DNA of 41,310 nucleotides from a virus (lineage: Duplodnaviria; Caudoviricetes). Positions 8,510 through 16,971 of this stretch are shown one piece after another. The notes below the pieces were generated by a model. It was not told where the DNA came from. It worked only from the letters and a program-made list of their open reading frames with translations, and ran no database searches. Every line of letters begins with the position of its first letter. Position 1 is the first letter of the stretch. Where the stretch lies: IMG/VR virus record IMGVR_UViG_3300048856_000105, positions 1 through 41,310 of that record; one strand, 5' to 3'. The translations under genes were made by a program, and so were the position numbers.

Positions 8510-9301
8510 ATGCAGATTTTTCTAAGTCACACACACGCCGACAAACCGGTAGTTGAACCCATCGCTATTCGGCTAAGGGAGGTATTCGGACAGTCTCAGG
8601 TATTTTACGACTCATGGTCGATCCAACCGGGCGATGGCATCATTCAGAAGATGAACGAAGGGCTGGAAGCCCCAGATTTCGTCTTCTTTTTTGTTTCGGA
8701 AGCAAGCCTGAAGAGCAAGATGGTCGAGATTGAGTGGCAGAACGCCCTTTTTGCCTCGACCAAAGGGAAGGTGCGGATCATCCCGGTCAGGGTGGATGGA
8801 TCGCCCATGCCCCCTGTTATGATGCAAAACGTATGGATCGATCTCTATGCTCAAGGGATCGAGGTGGCGCTTCAGCAGATCGTGAGCGTCGTTCAAGGGA
8901 TGAACACCTTCACCCCTCAGCATCAAGCCTTCTCCAACATCACATACTTCACCGAGCAGAAGAGCACGCGCGAGATTTTGCTTCATGTAAAGGCTTCTCA
9001 CCTCATGGAGCCAAATTCTCTATTCCTTGTGGCATCTGGTAATACGGAATCCGAGCTAAGTGTGGGTCTTGCGGGCGGCATGTTTCGCAGTGGTTTTAAC
9101 GCTGATGTTATTAAGGCGCAGGACGGTTCGGGTCGGCTGAACGGATTCGGTGTGGGGCTAATCAGTGGGGCGCTCACGCCACAACATCCGGTGACGATCG
9201 AACTCAAGCAGACAGGCGTCAAGCCAATCCATTTTGGCGGCCTTTTTCATGAGCGCGCTCAGGGCAGCTGGCACCCCGTTCCTGCCCGAGCATCGCGTTG
9301 A
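8510..9301 (+). CDS. TIR-domain protein (TIR_2 + unknown C-terminal domain), candidate anti-phage defence
   Basis: IFLSH..DK, VFYDSWSIQPGD, SKMVEIEW (catalytic Glu position), IIPV; GGGAGG RBS. Confidence 0.88.
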   Translation: MQIFLSHTHADKPVVEPIAIRLREVFGQSQVFYDSWSIQPGDGIIQKMNEGLEAPDFVFFFVSEASLKSKMVEIEWQNALFASTKGKVRIIPVRVDGSPMPPVMMQNVWIDLYAQGIEVALQQIVSVVQGMNTFTPQHQAFSNITYFTEQKSTREILLHVKASHLMEPNSLFLVASGNTESELSVGLAGGMFRSGFNADVIKAQDGSGRLNGFGVGLISGALTPQHPVTIELKQTGVKPIHFGGLFHERAQGSWHPVPARASR

Positions 9302-9307
9302 TCACGA

Positions 9308-9335
9308 ATGGCTCCAGACCACGATCTGGAGCCAT
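9308..9335. terminator. hairpin between TIR gene and lysis operon end
   Basis: perfect 11-bp IR ATGGCTCCAGA/TCTGGAGCCAT. Confidence 0.65.
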
Positions 9336-9341
9336 CTCATC

Positions 9342-9686
9342 CTAGCCTGACCTCGTCGTCCTAGGCTTCGCCTGGTTTTCCACGATGCGATCCACGCGGG
9401 CTGTCATATGGTCCACGGCCTGCTTCACGCCGCTGATAGCGTCCATGATCTGTTCGGTAGTTTCCCGCATGCCAGCCTTCGTGATGTAGGTTTCGGCGCA
9501 GTGCAGCCGGTGAGCCGCAATCTCTTCCCTCGCCAGGGCTGCAAGTGCCTGTGCGGCCGAGGCGCTGCCCTGCGCATCCAGCCGCGCGCCCGAGATCTTG
9601 TTCTCGACGTACTTCCACAGGCCGAACAGGAACCCGAATAGCATCACGAAGAAGCCGACCACGGCCATGATCTCGGAGCCGGTCAC
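9342..9686 (-). CDS. membrane-anchored coiled-coil protein of lysis cassette
   Basis: N-terminal TM helix, coupled to o-spanin. Confidence 0.7.
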   Translation of the reverse strand: MTGSEIMAVVGFFVMLFGFLFGLWKYVENKISGARLDAQGSASAAQALAALAREEIAAHRLHCAETYITKAGMRETTEQIMDAISGVKQAVDHMTARVDRIVENQAKPRTTRSG

Positions 9687-9979
9687 TTCCTCACCCCCAT
9701 CAGCGCGTCGTCGCGCTCGACCACGAAGTTCCGCAGCGCAAGGTGGCGGCGATAGCAGTCCAAGAGCGCCGAGCGGTCGGTGATCCAGAGCTCCTCAACC
9801 TGCGCCTGCGTAAGCGCCCCCTGCCCCAGCAATGCCGGCCTGTCGCAGACCTTCAAGAGCGCACTGTCGGGCCGCGCAATCTGCGGCGGCTTCACCGGGC
9901 TAACGGATTTGGTTGATACGCTGCACGCTGCCAGCGCCAAGGCTAGGCTTGTCAGCATCAGGATCTTGCCGAGCTTCAC
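9683..9979 (-). CDS. o-spanin (Rz1-like lipoprotein)
   Basis: lipobox LAAC, Pro/Cys-rich, overlaps 3' end of i-spanin. Confidence 0.8.
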   Translation of the reverse strand: MKLGKILMLTSLALALAACSVSTKSVSPVKPPQIARPDSALLKVCDRPALLGQGALTQAQVEELWITDRSALLDCYRRHLALRNFVVERDDALMGVRK

Positions 9980-10271
9980 TAGCCAGCCTCCTTCTCAGTT
10001 CGGTGTTGGCGGCCTGTTCAGCCTCGAGCGCGGCAATGGCTTCGGCCTCGCGCTTCTTCGCGGCGTTGTTGGCGATGGTCTGCCGGCGCTGTTCGTTGAG
10101 GTCGGCCTCAAGCTGGGCGGCGCGCTCGGCGGTGATCTGTGCTTCGTACTTTGTGGAGGCGTCAGCATATCCGTCGTCATAGATCTGGCCGTGGATCCAC
10201 CAGCCTGCCAGCGCCAGCAGCACGAGGCCCACGAAGTAGCCGGTCCACTTGTTGGTCAGAAGCGCGATCAT
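9900..10271 (-). CDS. i-spanin (Rz-like)
   Basis: N-terminal TM plus coiled coil, directly after endolysin. Confidence 0.8.
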   Translation of the reverse strand: MIALLTNKWTGYFVGLVLLALAGWWIHGQIYDDGYADASTKYEAQITAERAAQLEADLNEQRRQTIANNAAKKREAEAIAALEAEQAANTELRRRLASEARQDPDADKPSLGAGSVQRINQIR

Positions 10272-10843
10272 GCTGGCAGCCCCGACACGCAAAGCTCCGC
10301 CTCGCCAATCCGCTGGGCGTCACCCATCTCGCGCCGCTTCACAAGGCCGTTGACGACGCGGCCGCCGGCCTTGTTCCATGCGGTCTGCGCTTCACACGCG
10401 GCGCGATATTGGCCGGCCTTAGCTAGCCGCGCGGCCGAGGATCTGCACAGGCCGCCGACGCCGAAGTTATAGGCGCCGGAGATCATCGACGCCTGCAAAC
10501 TCACCGGCAGTTTGGTGAAGCCAGCGATGCACTTGGTCAGCGGCGTGTAGTAGTCGTTGGTGACGCGGGTGATGAGCATGGCCTCGCACTGCGCGACCGT
10601 CTTCGTCATGCCGAGCTTCACGCCCTTGGTCTCGCCGTAGCAGATCGTCGGCACCTTTACGACATCGAGGTAGGCGCGGGTGTTCAGGCCCTCCCACGGC
10701 TTGATCAGGCCGTCGACGGCTAGCCTCACAGGCGCAGGCGTGCCGCCCGGCAGCATCGCGGCTGTACCGGCGATGACCGCAGCCATGACAGCCGCGATCG
10801 CGCCCTTAGCCCGCCTCGACGGCAGGATCTTGTTGATTGGCAT
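10268..10843 (-). CDS. GH24 lysozyme, probable SAR endolysin
   Basis: WEG..YLDVVKVPTICYG (E-D-T triad), GLVKRR; Ala/Gly-rich N-terminal SAR-like helix. Confidence 0.92.
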   Translation of the reverse strand: MPINKILPSRRAKGAIAAVMAAVIAGTAAMLPGGTPAPVRLAVDGLIKPWEGLNTRAYLDVVKVPTICYGETKGVKLGMTKTVAQCEAMLITRVTNDYYTPLTKCIAGFTKLPVSLQASMISGAYNFGVGGLCRSSAARLAKAGQYRAACEAQTAWNKAGGRVVNGLVKRREMGDAQRIGEAELCVSGLPA

Positions 10844-11042
10844 TCTGGGATGCCTCCTTCTCAGGTTGGGCAAGAAGACGTGCGCCCCAGGCGCCGACGA
10901 GCAGCGCGATGGTGAACCACCACGGCAGCCAGTCGGAGAAGTAAGGGACGAGGTTGAGGATTAGGTCGGCTACGGCCGCAAGCTCGATGAGCCGCAGAGA
11001 CCAGGCGCGCGCAAGCACGCGCCGCCAGTCTTGGAGGAGCAT
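10806..11042 (-). CDS. holin
   Basis: 78 aa, two TM segments, WRRVLARAWSLRL...ARLLAQP, upstream of endolysin. Confidence 0.8.
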   Translation of the reverse strand: MLLQDWRRVLARAWSLRLIELAAVADLILNLVPYFSDWLPWWFTIALLVGAWGARLLAQPEKEASQNANQQDPAVEAG

Positions 11043-11156
11043 GTGGATGTTCCAGGAGCAGGAAGTCGGTCCAGTCTACGAAGTTGATGTGGATGCACAA
11101 CGATGACATCCTGGTGATGCGTAGGAGGCTGGACGCGCTACGCTCTGATTAGGTAG

Positions 11157-11996
11157 GTGATTTTCATGAATAAGGCGCAGAGCAACATCTCCCGGGCTAT
11201 CCGGATGCTTCTGATGGCTTCAGCAATAACTATAACCGGAACGGCCCCAGCGCTTGCGTGGAATGCTCTCGGGCACCGGGTAGTCGTCATAGTCGCGGAG
11301 CGACAGTTATCGCCTGCGGCTTCATCAGAGGTGCACCGATTGCTTGCCCTCGAAGGGAAGCGGTCACTTTCTGAGGTATCAAGCTGGGCGGATGAGATAC
11401 GTGATCTGAAGGTCCCTCGTCAGCCCGCTCACAGCATCAAACTACTGCCTTTAGATGGCGCAGACGACCGAGAGGTTTTCTGTGACAACGGGTCGTGCGT
11501 CACAGGCGCGATCAAGAGCGATATCAAGACCCTCAGAAGCAAAGAAGCGAACGACACTGCAAAACTGATGGCTCTGAAGTACTTGGTCCATTTTGTAGGA
11601 GACCTGCACCAACCACTGCACGCTGCCGTGGGGGAACGAGACATCATTCTCGACGGGCGTGAGAGGAAGCTGCACTCGATTTGGGATGCTACCATCATCA
11701 ACTCGCTACGAATGAAAGACAGGGAGATCGCGGATCTTATCAAGGTCAGCGATGAAGCCGACCGCCGCTTTCTAGACAATGACGTCGAAGCTTGGGCGGT
11801 TGAAGGTCGCGAGATCGTTCAAGATCAAATCCTTCCGGAAATCGGCGGTTACCAGCCGAACTGGAAGAAAGAGAACCTTCCGAGCCCCGTACTGCCGCAC
11901 GAATATCCACGGCAGAAACAACCAATCGTGCTCGATCGCATCGCTAAGGCTGGTACCCGTTTAGCCGCGATCCTGAACGACATCTACCGACCGTAG
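11157..11996 (+). CDS. secreted S1/P1 nuclease (moron)
   Basis: signal peptide ending ALA then W-N-A-L-G-H; WADEIR; HFVGDLHQPLH; LHSIWD Zn ligands. Confidence 0.93.
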   Translation: MIFMNKAQSNISRAIRMLLMASAITITGTAPALAWNALGHRVVVIVAERQLSPAASSEVHRLLALEGKRSLSEVSSWADEIRDLKVPRQPAHSIKLLPLDGADDREVFCDNGSCVTGAIKSDIKTLRSKEANDTAKLMALKYLVHFVGDLHQPLHAAVGERDIILDGRERKLHSIWDATIINSLRMKDREIADLIKVSDEADRRFLDNDVEAWAVEGREIVQDQILPEIGGYQPNWKKENLPSPVLPHEYPRQKQPIVLDRIAKAGTRLAAILNDIYRP

Positions 11997-12163
11997 AGAC
12001 TGGGGAGCTATTTCTCCGACTTCAGAGACATGGTCGGCCGGATTGTCGCGCTTCTTTGATGCTCCCCTTCCTGGCAGAGGATGGACGCCATGCGCCCGCT
12101 CTGTCACAAGCCGGTCAGGACGCGACTGCCGTTAGCTCTAGAGCGGGGTCGGGCATCGGGGTT

Positions 12164-12199
12164 GACGTCACGTTGCTGCCGCGAGTTCACGCCGGCCGT
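12164..12199. repeat. 36-bp direct repeat, copy 1
   Basis: GACGTCACGTTGCTGCCGCGAGTTCACGCCGGCCGT, identical to 12570-12605. Confidence 0.9.
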
Positions 12200-12204
12200 C
12201 CTAC

Positions 12205-12291
12205 TTAGCCTGACAGCAGGCCGGCGAGGATCATCAGCCGGATCGACCAGGCGCGCTTAAGCACCCTCCGCCAGTTGGCGACGAGCTTCAT
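12205..12291 (-). pseudogene. truncated holin (28 aa)
   Basis: MKLVANWRRVLKRAWSIRLMILAGLLSG* homologous to N-term of 10806..11042; GGAG RBS retained. Confidence 0.75.
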
Positions 12292-12371
12292 GGTGTTCTC
12301 CGATGTTGTTGAGGATGATAGAAGTCGCCCTAGATCCTGGGGATCCGTAGCAAAAAGCCTGGAGGGCACAG

Positions 12372-12539
12372 ATGTCCAAGAAGCAAGCAACCGTCGCCGC
12401 GATCATCTTGGAGTACCTGCCTATGGCGACACCGGACGTGGCTACAGAGGTTTCTGCAAGGATACTGAAAGCGCTCGATGAGAAGCCGACGGAGACAAAT
12501 AATCGCAGACTGCCGGGCGGGTCACATCCAGATAACTGA
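12372..12539 (+). CDS. 55 aa hypothetical protein (not in ORF track)
   Basis: GGAGGG RBS; MSKKQATVAAIILEYLP...SHPDN*. Confidence 0.5.
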   Translation: MSKKQATVAAIILEYLPMATPDVATEVSARILKALDEKPTETNNRRLPGGSHPDN

Positions 12540-12569
12540 TCCCGATGCGTCGCAGGATGGCGACCGATC

Positions 12570-12605
12570 GACGTCACGTTGCTGCCGCGAGTTCACGCCG
12601 GCCGT
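12570..12605. repeat. 36-bp direct repeat, copy 2
   Basis: spans stop codon of last tail gene. Confidence 0.9.
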
Positions 12606-12943
12606 TCCTCAACTTCAGGCCATTCGATCGCTGGAAGCCCGGCAATAAAATCTTCGACCGAAGGCGGCTCGATGCTCCCGGCCTCAAAGGCTGCCAGCCG
12701 GCTGAACATGTAATTCAGCGCGGCATCGCGCCAGGCAATGAAGGCTTGAGCCTCCGCCTGCCATTGCGGGTTCGTGCTGACGGCATACTGCGCGATCGTC
12801 AGGCGGTTGTCGTACTGCTGGGATTGCGCGACCGCGTCTAGGTGATTGTCGAATGCACACTTGTAGGCAGCAAGCTGCGCGGCCTTGGCTTCTGCCTCCT
12901 TCTGCTCAGCACTCGTGTAGTGCTCGGGCTTAACCGTCCACAT
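12593..12943 (-). CDS. tail-fibre-associated protein (putative assembly chaperone)
   Basis: HLDAVAQSQQYD..EAQAFIAWRD..LPAIEWP; start MWTV. Confidence 0.75.
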   Translation of the reverse strand: MWTVKPEHYTSAEQKEAEAKAAQLAAYKCAFDNHLDAVAQSQQYDNRLTIAQYAVSTNPQWQAEAQAFIAWRDAALNYMFSRLAAFEAGSIEPPSVEDFIAGLPAIEWPEVEERPA

Positions 12944-13265
12944 CGGCAGGCTCCTCGTCTTCGGCAGGCTCAGGATCATGAGGGATATCCAGTTCGCCGT
13001 CCGGAGGTTCGAGCAACGGCTCGGGTCGCGCCAGCGCCGCCGATGGGTTCGGCCCATGAGGCAGGACGAGTGTCAGTTGTAAACCACCATTGATGCGCTC
13101 GACGGGACCGGTGATCCAGTCGCAAGGCACCACGCCTTCCGGGATCGTCGCCCCATCCGGGAGCGAGATGAAGCTGAACAGTTCGCCGTTGATCCGGAGC
13201 TTGTCGCCGTCTTTGACGACGCTTAGGCTGCCTTCGCGGCGCTGAGGAGAGAAAGAGATCTTCAT
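12930..13265 (-). CDS. tail-fibre-associated protein
   Basis: MKISFSPQRR..INGELFSF..GPVERING..LPHG, typical gene following tail fibres. Confidence 0.75.
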   Translation of the reverse strand: MKISFSPQRREGSLSVVKDGDKLRINGELFSFISLPDGATIPEGVVPCDWITGPVERINGGLQLTLVLPHGPNPSAALARPEPLLEPPDGELDIPHDPEPAEDEEPADVDG

Positions 13266-15442
13266 CAGAACCACCTTCCTACTGCTGTGATGCTGAGTGT
13301 CAGCGAGAGGGCTGCCAGGGCGGCATGACTGTAGACCTGCGGTCGGTAGGTGGTCGCAGTGTTCTGATGCACATTGGCCCAATACCAGTCGGTTACCGTG
13401 ATGCTCGGGACTGGCGTGGCGACAAATGCCGCCGGCCAGTTGCCGGTTGCCAGCGATGAACCGCTAGTGAAGACGGCACCCCGAGTGCTTGTGGTCACGT
13501 CTTCAACCCGCCGGACGGTGCAGATCTGCCAACCGCTGGCAAAGCGGATGTAGTCGCCGTTCGCGTTGGATCCGCTTTCGACGAAGTCGCCCAGATTGGT
13601 GTTCGCCAGAACCGCAGCCACGCCACCGTCCACGACACGGACGTTGCTAACAGAGACAGCACAGGCATACCTGCCGAAGTGGAAGTAGCTGCCGCGATAG
13701 CTGGCGTCTGCCGCCTCAACGAAGCCGAGTTCGGAACCATCCGGATTGAGGCGCGAAAGCCTGATGGCTGTCGACGTCACGCGAACACGGAACGTCCCCT
13801 CGCCACCAGCGACAGGAAAGCCAGGAATTGCACCCGCCTCTGTCACCTGGAGCAGAGTGGCAGCACCGGCCGTCACCTTATAGATCGCCATGCTGCCATT
13901 GAGGCTGAACAGCAGGTTGTAGCCGTTCGCGTCCGGATTGATGGCGCTGCTGTCGCGGAATGGGCGGTCGCGATACCCTTCATCCGCGATGAACACGCCG
14001 AACCAACGCGCCAGTGAGTTCGTCGCCCCGAAGCGCAGGTCGAAGGTCATCGACCAGTTGTTGTTGCTGGTCTTGCCACCGACTGGGCAGGCCCAACCCT
14101 GCAGGACGTACTGGCGGGAGGTATCGGTGAGGTAAGCATCAGCCCAGCCCCACTGCGCATCACCAACGAAGCGGCCGCGAGCCAAACCACTCAGGCCGTC
14201 GTCCGCTGCCAGCATGCCCGGCATCCACGTCTTACGCTCGAAGCGGTCGGATGCGGCGAAGGGGCGGTCGATAGAGAGATACTGCGGGTCATCTACAAAG
14301 AGGCCAGTCACGCCCAGCGCAAGGAGCTGATCGCGGCGCCAGCGGCGGGTGATCGTGTAAACCACGACCTTGAAGCCCTGACCTATCCAGGCTGCGATAT
14401 CTGCATCCGTTGTCGCATCAGCCAGCCCGGCCCACTTCACACCGGCAGTCTTTGCCGTGTTGAGGGTACCGGTGCCCGACCCTGACAGGATCATCGTCTC
14501 ATAGCCGGCGGCGATGGCTGGCGTCAGTTCCGCCTGCGTGAAGGACTGCACGATGACGTGGTTCTTGCTGACGCCTGCCGCCTGAAGCGCGTTGACGATC
14601 ACGGCCCCCGACCCTGTGTTCTTGGCCTCAATGACGAGGATCGCGCGGCCGTTGAGGAGCGCCAGCGCCTCGTCGATCATCAATGTCTCGTTCATGCGCG
14701 GGACATTGGCGCCATGCCAGTTCTCGGCGTCGACATAGAGCGCCTTGAAGCTTGCCTTGTTGAGGCTTGCGACATTGCCGGCACTGGTCGTCGTGCGGTC
14801 GACGGTGGTGTCGTGGAAGACTCCGCCCGATCCATCCGACAGCCGCCATACGTCCAGCTCAAGAACCTTCTGCCCGGCTTCCAGAGCAGCGAGGTAGGCG
14901 CCGACGGTGTTTTCGGGAAACAGCTGCGCGCCACCGCGGTGCGGGATGTACATCGGCCGGGCTGGCGAATAGTCGCTAAGCTTGGCATCGAAGCGGATGT
15001 CGGCTGGCGATGCGGCGGTCATCGAGCCGTTAACGCCGAACATAGCAAGTAGGCCGGCCGCACCCTGAAGGATGCTCAGCTCGCCGTTGTCGCCGAAGTA
15101 AGGCAGCGCGCCTTCAGCCTGCGGCAGTCCCGCGAAAGACTGCAGGTTGCCGGAGCCAAGTGCTTCGATCAGCTGCCGCGCCTGTGCCGAGATCCTGGAC
15201 CCGTCGCCCTGGTAGCGCAGACGATAAGCCGAAGCGGTGAGAGCCCCACCGCGCCATGGCTGAGCAAGTGTCAGCGAGGTGTTGCTGTTGACCGACTGTA
15301 CGATGCCGGAATAGCCGTTCGCGTAGAGGACATCACCTTCGCGGAAGCCGGCCGACAGCCATGCGGTGCCCGAACCGGTGACTGCCGTCGCGTTGGCAGC
15401 GATGGTGATCGTGCCGGAGCTGTAGTCACTCTGCAGCGCCAT
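13265..15442 (-). CDS. tail fibre/receptor-binding protein with central glycerophosphodiester phosphodiesterase (GDPD) domain
   Basis: N-term fibre anchor (YSSGTITI..VTGSGTAW); HRG..PENT..LELDV..DG..VFHD GDPD motif; C-term ESGSNANGDYIRF..AVGRWF. Confidence 0.88.
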   Translation of the reverse strand: MALQSDYSSGTITIAANATAVTGSGTAWLSAGFREGDVLYANGYSGIVQSVNSNTSLTLAQPWRGGALTASAYRLRYQGDGSRISAQARQLIEALGSGNLQSFAGLPQAEGALPYFGDNGELSILQGAAGLLAMFGVNGSMTAASPADIRFDAKLSDYSPARPMYIPHRGGAQLFPENTVGAYLAALEAGQKVLELDVWRLSDGSGGVFHDTTVDRTTTSAGNVASLNKASFKALYVDAENWHGANVPRMNETLMIDEALALLNGRAILVIEAKNTGSGAVIVNALQAAGVSKNHVIVQSFTQAELTPAIAAGYETMILSGSGTGTLNTAKTAGVKWAGLADATTDADIAAWIGQGFKVVVYTITRRWRRDQLLALGVTGLFVDDPQYLSIDRPFAASDRFERKTWMPGMLAADDGLSGLARGRFVGDAQWGWADAYLTDTSRQYVLQGWACPVGGKTSNNNWSMTFDLRFGATNSLARWFGVFIADEGYRDRPFRDSSAINPDANGYNLLFSLNGSMAIYKVTAGAATLLQVTEAGAIPGFPVAGGEGTFRVRVTSTAIRLSRLNPDGSELGFVEAADASYRGSYFHFGRYACAVSVSNVRVVDGGVAAVLANTNLGDFVESGSNANGDYIRFASGWQICTVRRVEDVTTSTRGAVFTSGSSLATGNWPAAFVATPVPSITVTDWYWANVHQNTATTYRPQVYSHAALAALSLTLSITAVGRWF

Positions 15443-15644
15443 CGTTACCTCCTTCAGCAAGTCCAGCCTTCAGCTCATCTAGCTCCTTCGACAGCGCCTC
15501 ACGCTCGGCAAGCGCCTGGTCCCGCTCCGAAGTTACGTCTGCCAGCGTCTGCGCCAGCACGAGGACCCGGTCCCTAAGGAACTGCATCTGGAAAGCCTGC
15601 TCGCGATAAGCGACGTCAGGCCGAATGTTCATCGGCTGTGTCAT
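15426..15644 (-). CDS. small coiled-coil tail-region protein
   Basis: 72 aa heptad pattern, in tail operon. Confidence 0.7.
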   Translation of the reverse strand: MTQPMNIRPDVAYREQAFQMQFLRDRVLVLAQTLADVTSERDQALAEREALSKELDELKAGLAEGGNDGAAE

Positions 15645-15673
15645 GTTCTGTCCTGTTTTTGGAAGGCGGGCGA

Positions 15674-16078
15674 TCAGCCCGTAGAGTCCGGCACCCGGGC
15701 CTCATAGATCGCGTAGCGAACCTGTAGGGCGATGGTGAGCTTGTTCTCGATTGTGAGCACGCCAGTGGCGGCGTTGAGGAAGCAGTAGTAGGTGAAGCCG
15801 TTCGGCAGATACCCGCCACTGGCAACCAAGATGATCTTCGGCATGAAGGTGTAAGTCTTGCCGAGGTTGATGGTGACCGAGCTGGGGTTCACCTTGATCG
15901 ACGACGATCGAGAACCCGCCGGAAGAGAAACGATACCGGTGAGCATTGAAGCTTCCGGCACCATACTCTCGTGGATGAGGCAGTTCTCGATCCCTGTCGT
16001 TCGGGCATCGAAACCTGTTTTTGACACCCGCATCTTGAATGTCCCAGCATCGTCGCCGATGAATATCCTTCTCGTCAC
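15674..16078 (-). CDS. minor tail protein (paralogue 3)
   Basis: RIFIG..MRVSKTGFDA N-term shared with neighbours. Confidence 0.75.
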   Translation of the reverse strand: MTRRIFIGDDAGTFKMRVSKTGFDARTTGIENCLIHESMVPEASMLTGIVSLPAGSRSSSIKVNPSSVTINLGKTYTFMPKIILVASGGYLPNGFTYYCFLNAATGVLTIENKLTIALQVRYAIYEARVPDSTG

Positions 16079-16081
16079 AGG

Positions 16082-16579
16082 TCACTCCACCGGCATCTTG
16101 TAGATGGTGTATTGGACGTTCATGCTCTGCACCTGATCGCCTGACCGGACGGTCTGGAAGGCTTCCACGTCGATCCGGTCGAAGACGCCGGCCGTGCTGC
16201 CGGAGATGTTGAAGCCGAAGAAGTCGAGAAGATTGTCTTCACCGATATCGCCCAGCGGCCAGTGCACCGGGTAGCGGATAAGACTGCGGCTTCCTCTTAG
16301 CTGAACCGCATAAGTATGAAGCGGGCGATAGGGCAGCGCCGGGAATGCGATCCCTCTGCGATAGAAGCGGTAGCCCGCTTGCCCGCTTCCTCCTGAAGGT
16401 CCGACTGTCGAGTTCTCACCTCTGGTAAGGGAAAAGTTGCCGGAGTGGTGAACTTTCAGATTGTCGTAGCGACTATCCAGCAGGAGGCTGCGGGTGGTGG
16501 TGTCGACGTCTTCCCCAGGCTGGGAGATGAAGATGCCGTAGGTGCCCTTGTAAGGCCCGATCCTGGTGCGCTTGCTCAT
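16082..16579 (-). CDS. minor tail protein (paralogue 2)
   Basis: RIG..IFISQPGEDV..LLLDS. Confidence 0.75.
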   Translation of the reverse strand: MSKRTRIGPYKGTYGIFISQPGEDVDTTTRSLLLDSRYDNLKVHHSGNFSLTRGENSTVGPSGGSGQAGYRFYRRGIAFPALPYRPLHTYAVQLRGSRSLIRYPVHWPLGDIGEDNLLDFFGFNISGSTAGVFDRIDVEAFQTVRSGDQVQSMNVQYTIYKMPVE

Positions 16580-16968
16580 AGCGACAGGCCATAGACGGCG
16601 TAGAAAATCCGGCCCGGGGTGTACCGGCGCCCATAAAGATGCTCGTTCGTCACTTCGATCCTGTTGTTGTAGATCCTGCTCGCCGGAAGATCGTCGACCC
16701 TCCAGCCGAGATGCATGGTCCCGCGACTGCCGAAGAACTCGGTGTCGACATCGGCCCAGACCTCAGCAGCCGGCACATAGGACTGCTGAGGAAAGTTGAT
16801 GACGATCGGCCAACCGGAGAAGGCGAACGAACCCGCCTGGATGACAGATGCCCCGAACGACCAGTTGCTGTCGAAGATCTTTCGGTTGTCGGCGAGTGAC
16901 GGCGAAGCGTCATAGCCTGGCCGACTCATGATAATCCGGCCGCCACTTTGGTAGAACCGTTTTGCCAT
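16576..16968 (-). CDS. minor tail protein (paralogue 1)
   Basis: IIMSRPGYDA..KIFDS. Confidence 0.75.
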   Translation of the reverse strand: MAKRFYQSGGRIIMSRPGYDASPSLADNRKIFDSNWSFGASVIQAGSFAFSGWPIVINFPQQSYVPAAEVWADVDTEFFGSRGTMHLGWRVDDLPASRIYNNRIEVTNEHLYGRRYTPGRIFYAVYGLSL

Positions 16969-16971
16969 TGG

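Noticed and set aside
12164-12605. Repeat pair as DGR TR/VR, invertible segment or CRISPR
   Set aside because: Only two identical direct copies, no adenine-specific variation, and no reverse transcriptase, invertase or cas genes.
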